A stretch of 64,000 nucleotides of DNA, taken from NCBI GenBank assembly GCA_964057225.1, contig OZ059900.1, positions 4,836,001 through 4,900,000 of the forward strand, read 5' to 3'. Position numbers and translations under genes: made by a program. Origin of the DNA: Auanema rhodensis (Eukaryota; Animalia; Nematoda). A model generated the notes under the pieces. That model did not search any database and was not told where the DNA came from. It worked only from the letters and a program-made list of their open reading frames with translations. Below are positions 53,959-64,000 of this stretch, in pieces; positions within the stretch are counted from its first letter, which is position 1, and each line of letters opens with the position of its first letter.

Positions 53959-56900
53959 TAACGGTATCCGAGTTACAAATCAAGATCACTTTCTTTGGAT
54001 ACTTAGGTGGTATAGCTACCTGTTCACAAAAAGTTGGAAGTCCTGGTTACCATGCATCAAATCCTTTAAGATAGTGTTTCTAGACTAATATAACCATGGG
54101 GACTTTATCAAATTTCACAGTATTCTTCTATCTTTAACGGTATCCGAGTTACAAATCAAGATCACTTTCTTTGGATACTTAGGTGGTATAGCTACCTGTT
54201 CACAAAAAATTGGAAGTTTTGGTTACCATGCATCAAATCCTTTAAGATAGTGTTTCTAGACTAATATGACCATGGGGACTTCATTAAAATTAACAGTATT
54301 CTTCTATCTTTAACGGTATCCGAGTTACAAATCAAGATCACTTTCTTTGGATACTTAGGTGGTATAGCTACCTGTTCACAAAAAATTGGAAGTCCTGGTT
54401 ACCATGCATCAAACCCATTAAGATTGTGTTTCTAGACTAATATAACTATGGGAAATTCATTTAAGTTCACAGTATTCTTCTATCTTTAACGGTATCCGAG
54501 TTACAAATCAAGATCACTTTCTTTGGATACTTAGGTGGTATAGCTACCTGTTCACAAAAAATTGGAAGTCCTGGTTACCATGCATCAAATCCTTTAAGAT
54601 AGTGTTTCTAGACTAATATAACCATGGGGACTTTATCAAATTTTACAGTATTCTTCTATCTTTAACGGTATCCGAGTTACAAATCAAGATCACTTTCTTT
54701 GGATACTTAGGTGGTATAGCTACCTGTTCACAAAAAATTGGAAGTCCTGGTTACCATGCATCAAATCCTTTAAGATAGTGTTTCTAGACTAATATAACCA
54801 TGGGGACTTCATCAAATTTCACAGTATTCTTCTATCTTTAACGGTATCCGAGTTACAAATCAAGATCACTTTCTTTGGATACTTAGGTGGTATAGCTACC
54901 TGTTCACAAAAAATTGGAAGTCTTGGTTACCATGCATCAAATCCTTTGAGATAGTGTTTCTAGACTAATATAACCATGGGGACTTCATCAAATTTCACAG
55001 TATTCTTCTATCTTCAACGGTATCCGAGTTACAAATCAAGATCACTTTCTTTGGATACTTAGGTGGTATAGCTACCTGTTCACAAAAAATTGGAAGTCCT
55101 GGTTACCATGCATCAAACCCATTAAAATTGTGTTTCTAGACTAATATGACCATGGGAAATTCATTTAAGTTTACAGTATTCTTCTATCTTTAACGGTATC
55201 CGAGTTACAAATCAAGATCACTTTCTTTGGATACTTAGGTGGTATAGCTACCTGTTCACAAAAAATTGGAAGTCCTGGTTACCATGCATCAAACCCATTA
55301 AGATTGTGTCTCTAGACTAATATAACCATGGGAAATTCATTTAAGTTCACAGTATTCTTCTATCTTTAACGGTATCCGAGTTACAAATCAAGATCACTTT
55401 CTTTGGATACTTAGGTGGTATAGCTACCTGTTCACAAAAAATTGGAAGTCCTGGTTACCATGCATCAAACCCATTAAGATTGTGTTTCTAGACTAATATA
55501 ACCATGGGAAATTCATTTAAGTTCACAGTATTCTTCTATCTTTAACGGTATCCGAGTTACAAATCAAGATCACTTTCTTTGGATACTTAGGTGGTATAGC
55601 TACTTGTTCACAAAAAATTGGAAGTCCTGGTTACCATGCATCAAACCCATTAAGATTGTGTTTCTAGACTAATATAACCATGGGGACTTTATCAAATTTC
55701 ACAGTATTCTTCTATCTTTAACGGTATCCGAGTTACAAATCAAGATCACTTTCTTTGGATACTTAGGTGGTATAGCTACCTGTTCACAAAAAATTGGAAG
55801 TCCTGGTTACCATGCATCAAACCCATTAAGATTGTGTTTCTAGACTAATATAACCATGGGAAATTCATTTAAGTTCACAGTATTCTTCTATCTTTAACGG
55901 TATCCGAGTTACAAATCAAGATCACTTTCTTTGGATACTTAGGTGGTATAGCTACCTGTTCACAAAAAATTGGAAGTCCTGGTTACCATGCATCAAACCC
56001 ATTAAGATTGTGTCTCTAGACTAATATAACCATGGGAAATTCATTTAAGTTCACAGTATTCTTCTATCTTTAACGGTATCCGAGTTACAAATCAAGATCA
56101 CTTTCTTTGGATACTTAGGTGGTATAGCTACCTGTTCACAAAAAATTGGAAGTCCTGGTTACCATGCATCAAACCCATTAAGATTGTGTCTCTAGACTAA
56201 TATAACCATGGGAAATTCATTTAAGTTCACAGTATTCTTCTATCTTTAACGGTATCCGAGTTACAAATCAAGATCACTTTCTTTGGATACTTAGGTGGTA
56301 TAGCTACCTGTTCACAAAAAATTGGAAGTCCTGGTTACCATGCATCAAACCCATTAAGATTGTGTTTCTAGACTAATATAACCATGGGAAATTCATTTAA
56401 GTTCACAGTATTCTTCTATCTTTAACGGTATCCGAGTTACAAATCAAGATCACTTTCTTTGGATACTTAGGTGGTATAGCTACCTGTTCACAAAAAATTG
56501 GAAGTCTTGGTTACCATGCATCAAACACAATACGATAGTGTTTCTAGACTAATATGACCATGAGAAATTCATTTAAGTTTACAGTATTCTTCTATCTTTA
56601 ACGGTATCCGAGTTACAAATCAAGATCACTTTCTTTGGATACTTAGGTGGTATAGCTACCTGTTCACAAAAAATTGGAAGTCCTGGTTACCATGCATCAA
56701 ACCCATTAAGATTGTGTTTCTAGACTAATATAACCATGGGAAATTCATTTAAGTTCACAGTATTCTTCTATCTTTAACGGTATCCGAGTTACAAATCAAG
56801 ATCACTTTCTTTGGATACTTAGGTGGTATAGCTACCTGTTCACAAAAAATTGGAAGTCCTGGTTACCATGCATCAAACCCATTAAGATTGTGTTTCTAGA

Positions 56901-59900
56901 CTAATATAACCATGGGAAATTCATTTAAGTTCACAGTATTCTTCTATCTTTAACGGTATCCGAGTTACAAATCAAGATCACTTTCTTTGGATACTTAGGT
57001 GGTATAGCTACCTGTTCACAAAAAATTGGAAGTCTTGGTTACCATGCATCAAACACAATACGATAGTGTTTCTAGACTAATATGACCATGAGAAATTCAT
57101 TTAAGTTTACAGTATTCTTCTATCTTTAACGGTATCCGAGTTACAAATCAAGATCACTTTCTTTGGATACTTAGGTGGTATAGCTACCTGTTCACAAAAA
57201 ATTGGAAGTCCTGGTTACCATGCATCAAACCCATTAAGATTGTGTCTCTAGACTAATATAACCATGGGAAATTCATTTAAGTTCACAGTATTCTTCTATC
57301 TTTAACGGTATCCGAGTTACAAATCAAGATCACTTTCTTTGGATACTTAGGTGGTATAGCTACCTGTTCACAAAAAATTGGAAGTCCTGGTTACCATGCA
57401 TCAAACCCATTAAGATTGTGTTTCTAGACTAATATAACCATGGGAAATTCATTTAAGTTCACAGTATTCTTCTATCTTTAACGGTATCCGAGTTACAAAT
57501 CAAGATCACTTTCTTTGGATACTTAGGTGGTATAGCTACTTGTTCACAAAAAATTGGAAGTCCTGGTTACCATGCATCAAACCCATTAAGATTGTGTTTC
57601 TAGACTAATATAACCATGGGGACTTTATCAAATTTCACAGTATTCTTCTATCTTTAACGGTATCCGAGTTACAAATCAAGATCACTTTCTTTGGATACTT
57701 AGGTGGTATAGCTACCTGTTCACAAAAAATTGGAAGTCCTGGTTACCATGCATCAAACCCATTAAGATTGTGTCTCTAGACTAATATAACCATGGGAAAT
57801 TCATTTAAGTTCACAGTATTCTTCTATCTTTAACGGTATCCGAGTTACAAATCAAGATCACTTTCTTTGGATACTTAGGTGGTATAGCTACCTGTTCACA
57901 AAAAATTGGAAGTCCTGGTTACCATGCATCAAACCCATTAAGATTGTGTTTCTAGACTAATATAACCATGGGAAATTCATTTAAGTTCACAGTATTCTTC
58001 TATCTTTAACGGTATCCGAGTTACAAATCAAGATCACTTTCTTTGGATACTTAGGTGGTATAGCTACCTGTTCACAAAAAATTGGAAGTCTTGGTTACCA
58101 TGCATCAAACACAATACGATAGTGTTTCTAGACTAATATGACCATGAGAAATTCATTTAAGTTTACAGTATTCTTCTATCTTTAACGGTATCCGAGTTAC
58201 AAATCAAGATCACTTTCTTTGGATACTTAGGTGGTATAGCTACCTGTTCACAAAAAATTGGAAGTCCTGGTTACCATGCATCAAACCCATTAAGATTGTG
58301 TTTCTAGACTAATATAACCATGGGAAATTCATTTAAGTTCACAGTATTCTTCTATCTTTAACGGTATCCGAGTTACAAATCAAGATCACTTTCTTTGGAT
58401 ACTTAGGTGGTATAGCTACCTGTTCACAAAAAATTGGAAGTCTTGGTTACCATGCATCAAACACAATACGATAGTGTTTCTAGACTAATATGACCATGGG
58501 GACTTCATTAAAATTAACAGTATTCTTCTATCTTTAACGGTATCCGAGTTACAAATCAAGATCACTTTCTTTGGATACTTAGGTGGTATAGCTACCTGTT
58601 CACAAAAAATTGGAAGTCCTGGTTACCATGCATCAAATCCTTTAAGATAGTGTTTCTAGACTAATATAACCATGGGGACTTCATCAAATTTCACAGTATT
58701 CTTCTATCTTTAACGGTATCCGAGTTACAAATCAAGATCACTTTCTTTGGATACTTAGGTGGTATAGCTACCTGTTCACAAAAAATTGGAAGTCCTGGTT
58801 ACCATGCATCAAACCCATTAAGATTGTGTCTCTAGACTAATATAACCATGGGAAATTCATTTAAGTTCACAGTATTCTTCTATCTTTAACGGTATCCGAG
58901 TTACAAATCAAGATCACTTTCTTTGGATACTTAGGTGGTATAGCTACCTGTTCACAAAAAATTGGAAGTCCTGGTTACCATGCATCAAACCCATTAAGAT
59001 TGTGTCTCTAGACTAATATAACCATGGGAAATTCATTTAAGTTCACAGTATTCTTCTATCTTTAACGGTATCCGAGTTACAAATCAAGATCACTTTCTTT
59101 GGATACTTAGGTGGTATAGCTACCTGTTCACAAAAAATTGGAAGTCCTGGTTACCATGCATCAAACCCATTAAGATTGTGTTTCTAGACTAATATAACCA
59201 TGGGAAATTCATTTAAGTTCACAGTATTCTTCTATCTTTAACGGTATCCGAGTTACAAATCAAGATCACTTTCTTTGGATACTTAGGTGGTATAGCTACC
59301 TGTTCACAAAAAATTGGAAGTCTTGGTTACCATGCATCAAACACAATACGATAGTGTTTCTAGACTAATATGACCATGAGAAATTCATTTAAGTTTACAG
59401 TATTCTTCTATCTTTAACGGTATCCGAGTTACAAATCAAGATCACTTTCTTTGGATACTTAGGTGGTATAGCTACCTGTTCACAAAAAATTGGAAGTCCT
59501 GGTTACCATGCATCAAACCCATTAAGATTGTGTCTCTAGACTAATATAACCATGGGAAATTCATTTAAGTTCACAGTATTCTTCTATCTTTAACGGTATC
59601 CGAGTTACAAATCAAGATCACTTTCTTTGGATACTTAGGTGGTATAGCTACCTGTTCACAAAAAATTGGAAGTCCTGGTTACCATGCATCAAACCCATTA
59701 AGATTGTGTTTCTAGACTAATATAACCATGGGAAATTCATTTAAGTTCACAGTATTCTTCTATCTTTAACGGTATCCGAGTTACAAATCAAGATCACTTT
59801 CTTTGGATACTTAGGTGGTATAGCTACTTGTTCACAAAAAATTGGAAGTCCTGGTTACCATGCATCAAACCCATTAAGATTGTGTTTCTAGACTAATATA

Positions 59901-62900
59901 ACCATGGGGACTTTATCAAATTTCACAGTATTCTTCTATCTTTAACGGTATCCGAGTTACAAATCAAGATCACTTTCTTTGGATACTTAGGTGGTATAGC
60001 TACCTGTTCACAAAAAATTGGAAGTCCTGGTTACCATGCATCAAATCCTTTAAGATAGTGTTTCTAGACTAATATAACCATGGGGACTTCATCAAATTTC
60101 ACAGTATTCTTCTATCTTTAACGGTATCCGAGTTACAAATCAAGATCACTTTCTTTGGATACTTAGGTGGTATAGCTACCTGTTCACAAAAAATTGGAAG
60201 TCCTGGTTACCATGCATCAAACCCATTAAGATTGTGTCTCTAGACTAATATAACCATGGGAAATTCATTTAAGTTCACAGTATTCTTCTATCTTTAACGG
60301 TATCCGAGTTACAAATCAAGATCACTTTCTTTGGATACTTAGGTGGTATAGCTACCTGTTCACAAAAAATTGGAAGTCCTGGTTACCATGCATCAAACCC
60401 ATTAAGATTGTGTTTCTAGACTAATATAACCATGGGAAATTCATTTAAGTTCACAGTGTTCTTCTATCTTTAACGGTATCCGAGTTACAAATCAAGATCA
60501 CTTTCTTTAGATACTTAGGTGGTATAGCTACCTGTTCACAAAAAATTGGAAGTCTTGGTTACCATGCATCAAACACAATACGATAGTGTTTCTAGACTAA
60601 TATGACCATGAGAAATTCATTTAAGTTTACAGTATTCTTCTATCTTTAACGGTATCCGAGTTACAAATCAAGATCACTTTCTTTGGATACTTAGGTGGTA
60701 TAGCTACCTGTTCACAAAAAATTGGAAGTCCTGGTTACCATGCATCAAACCCATTAAGATTGTGTTTCTAGACTAATATAACCATGGGAAATTCATTTAA
60801 GTTCACAGTATTCTTCTATCTTTAACGGTATCCGAGTTACAAATCAAGATCACTTTCTTTGGATACTTAGGTGGTATAGCTACCTGTTCACAAAAAATTG
60901 GAAGTCTTGGTTACCATGCATCAAACACAATACGATAGTGTTTCTAGACTAATATGACCATGGGGACTTCATTAAAATTAACAGTATTCTTCTATCTTTA
61001 ACGGTATCCGAGTTACAAATCAAGATCACTTTCTTTGGATACTTAGGTGGTATAGCTACCTGTTCACAAAAAATTGGAAGTCCTGGTTACCATGCATCAA
61101 ATCCTTTAAGATAGTGTTTCTAGATTAATATAACCATGGGGACTTCATCAAATTTCACAGTATTCTTCTATCTTTAACGGTATCCGAGTTACAAATCAAG
61201 ATCACTTTCTTTGGATACTTAGGTGGTATAGCTACCTGTTCACAAAAAATTGGAAGTCCTGGTTACCATGCATCAAACCCATTAAGATTGTGTCTCTAGA
61301 CTAATATAACCATGGGAAATTCATTTAAGTTCACAGTATTCTTCTATCTTTAACGGTATCCGAGTTACAAATCAAGATCACTTTCTTTGGATACTTAGGT
61401 GGTATAGCTACCTGTTCACAAAAAATTGGAAGTCCTGGTTACCATGCATCAAACCCATTAAGATTGTGTTTCTAGACTAATATAACCATGGGAAATTCAT
61501 TTAAGTTCACAGTATTCTTCTATCTTTAACGGTATCCGAGTTACAAATCAAGATCACTTTCTTTGGATACTTAGGTGGTATAGCTACCTGTTCACAAAAA
61601 ATTGGAAGTCTTGGTTACCATGCATCAAACACAATACGATAGTGTTTCTAGACTAATATGACCATGAGAAATTCATTTAAGTTTACAGTATTCTTCTATC
61701 TTTAACGGTATCCGAGTTACAAATCAAGATCACTTTCTTTGGATACTTAGGTGGTATAGCTACCTGTTCACAAAAAATTGGAAGTCCTGGTTACCATGCA
61801 TCAAACCCATTAAGATTGTGTCTCTAGACTAATATAACCATGGGAAATTCATTTAAGTTCACAGTATTCTTCTATCTTTAACGGTATCCGAGTTACAAAT
61901 CAAGATCACTTTCTTTGGATACTTAGGTGGTATAGCTACCTGTTCACAAAAAATTGGAAGTCCTGGTTACCATGCATCAAACCCATTAAGATTGTGTTTC
62001 TAGACTAATATAACCATGGGAAATTCATTTAAGTTCACAGTATTCTTCTATCTTTAACGGTATCCGAGTTACAAATCAAGATCACTTTCTTTGGATACTT
62101 AGGTGGTATAGCTACTTGTTCACAAAAAATTGGAAGTCCTGGTTACCATGCATCAAACCCATTAAGATTGTGTTTCTAGACTAATATAACCATGGGGACT
62201 TTATCAAATTTCACAGTATTCTTCTATCTTTAACGGTATCCGAGTTACAAATCAAGATCACTTTCTTTGGATACTTAGGTGGTATAGCTACCTGTTCACA
62301 AAAAATTGGAAGTCCTGGTTACCATGCATCAAATCCTTTAAGATAGTGTTTCTAGACTAATATAACCATGGGGACTTCATCAAATTTCACAGTATTCTTC
62401 TATCTTTAACGGTATCCGAGTTACAAATCAAGATCACTTTCTTTGGATACTTAGGTGGTATAGCTACCTGTTCACAAAAAATTGGAAGTCCTGGTTACCA
62501 TGCATCAAACCCATTAAGATTGTGTCTCTAGACTAATATAACCATGGGAAATCCATTTAAGTTCACAGTATTCTTCTATCTTTAACGGTATCCGAGTTAC
62601 AAATCAAGATCACTTTCTTTGGATACTTAGGTGGTATAGCTACCTGTTCACAAAAAATTGGAAGTCTTGGTTACCATGCATCAAACACAATACGATAGTG
62701 TTTCTAGACTAATATGACCATGAGAAATTCATTTAAGTTTACAGTATTCTTCTATCTTTAACGGTATCCGAGTTACAAATCAAGATCACTTTCTTTGGAT
62801 ACTTAGGTGGTATAGCTACCTGTTCACAAAAAATTGGAAGTCCTGGTTACCATGCATCAAACCCATTAAGATTGTGTTTCTAGACTAATGTAACCATGGG

Positions 62901-64000
62901 AAATTCATTTAAGTTCACAGTATTCTTCTATCTTTAACGGTATCCGAGTTACAAATCAAGATCACTTTCTTTGGATACTTAGGTGGTATAGCTACCTGTT
63001 CACAAAAAATTGGAAGTCTTGGTTACCATGCATCAAACACAATACGATAGTGTTTCTAGACTAATATGACCATGAGAAATTCATTTAAGTTTACAGTATT
63101 CTTCTATCTTTAACGGTATCCGAGTTACAAATCAAGATCACTTTCTTTGGATACTTAGGTGGTATAGCTACCTGTTCACAAAAAATTGGAAGTCCTGGTT
63201 ACCATGCATCAAACCCATTAAGATTGTGTTTCTAGACTAATATAACCATGGGAAATTCATTTAAGTTCACAGTATTCTTCTATCTTTAACGGTATCCGAG
63301 TTACAAATCAAGATCACTTTCTTTGGATACTTAGGTGGTATAGCTACTTGTTCACAAAAAATTGGAAGTCCTGGTTACCATGCATCAAACCCATTAAGAT
63401 TGTGTTTCTAGACTAATATAACCATGGGAAATTCATTTAAGTTCACAGTATTCTTCTATCTTTAACGGTATCCGAGTTACAAATCAAGATCACTTTCTTT
63501 GGATACTTAGGTGGTATAGCTACCTGTTCACAAAAAATTGGAAGTCTTGGTTACCATGCATCAAACACAATACGATAGTGTTTCTAGACTAATATGACCA
63601 TGAGAAATTCATTTAAGTTTACAGTATTCTTCTATCTTTAACGGTATCCGAGTTACAAATCAAGATCACTTTCTTTGGATACTTAGGTGGTATAGCTACC
63701 TGTTCACAAAAAATTGGAAGTCCTGGTTACCATGCATCAAATCCTTTAAGATAGTGTTTCTAGACTAATATGACCATGGGGACTTCATTAAAATTAACAG
63801 TATTCTTCTATCTTTAACGGTATCCGAGTTACAAATCAAGATCACTTTCTTTGGATACTTAGGTGGTATAGCTACCTGTTCACAAAAAATTGGAAGTCCT
63901 GGTTACCATGCATCAAATCCTTTAAGATAGTGTTTCTAGACTAATATGACCATGGGGACTTCATTAAAATTAACAGTATTCTTCTATCTTTAACGGTATC
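53959..64000. repeat. Satellite subdomain II-like, sharing variants with 20-31 kb
   Basis: tgtgtctcta, ccatgaga, gctacttg, gactttatcaaa, cattaaaattaac and taactatgg reappear. gctacttg occurs at 55604, 57540, 59828, 62116 and 63348 (spacings of 11, 13, 13 and 7 monomers). Confidence 0.75.

Larger units (their letters stand above)
1..64000. repeat. Tandem satellite DNA array, 176-bp monomer, ~363.6 copies, single orientation; likely centromeric/pericentromeric satellite, family not identified
   Basis: 'aaattggaag' recurs at 1, 177, 353 ... 2641 (15x176+1). The phase shifts by 1 bp after 35007 and again after 40110; monomer 363 starts at 63711 (362x176-1). The consensus has 62 G+C in 176 bp (~35%). 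No non-satellite sequence was seen. The centromeric role is inference from monomer length and homogeneity only. Confidence 0.99.

Noticed and set aside
1-64000. Protein-coding ORFs (ATGs at monomer pos 22, 60, 66) or a repeat-encoded protein
   Set aside because: + strand stops at pos 51 (tag), 56 (taa) and 61 (tga/taa) close all three frames. - strand stops (tta 17, tca 27, cta 55 read on +) do the same. 176 is not a multiple of 3.
1-64000. CRISPR-like array (constant part plus variable part)
   Set aside because: The variable boxes are a few recurring homologous alleles, not unique spacers. The unit is too long, and there is no leader or cas gene.
1-64000. 5S rDNA, tRNA or snRNA tandem gene array, rDNA spacer, or telomeric repeat
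   Set aside because: No recognisable 5S or tRNA sequence or Pol III A/B/C boxes. The single ttagg per monomer is not a telomeric tract.
1-64000. Embedded transposon, inversion or unique island
   Set aside because: The 176-bp phase is continuous from 1 to 64000 apart from two 1-bp deletions, which leaves no room for an insertion. No reverse-orientation monomer was seen.
1-64000. Monomer-class order as an information-bearing code or programmed diversification system
   Set aside because: The order is adequately explained by nested tandem duplication and recombination of an ancestral HOR. No associated enzyme gene or template is present in the window.

Overview
The whole 64 kb window is one uninterrupted head-to-tail tandem array of a 176-bp, ~65% AT satellite monomer: 363 complete copies plus a 114-bp partial copy, all in one orientation. 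Consensus in window phase: aaattggaagtcctggttaccatgcatcaaacccattaagattgtgtttctagactaatatgaccatgggaaattcatttaagttcacagtattcttctatctttaacggtatccgagttacaaatcaagatcactttctttggatacttaggtggtatagctacctgttcacaaa. I see no genes, RNA genes, mobile elements or CRISPR arrays, and consensus-type monomers carry stops in all six frames. Nucleosome-sized monomers and very high homogeneity suggest eukaryotic (peri)centromeric satellite DNA, but I cannot assign the family or organism. I found no evidence of a new gene-based system. The informative content is the array's internal structure: three main monomer classes defined by two variable boxes, an irregular ~7-mer higher-order repeat, exact 3-, 4-, 6-, 12-, 13- and 29-monomer tandem duplications, a relic of an older ~33-kb duplication, only two 1-bp indels (one duplicated event), invariant CpGs, conserved dyad/hairpin elements and a possible ancestral ~44-bp subrepeat. 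All comparisons were made by eye.
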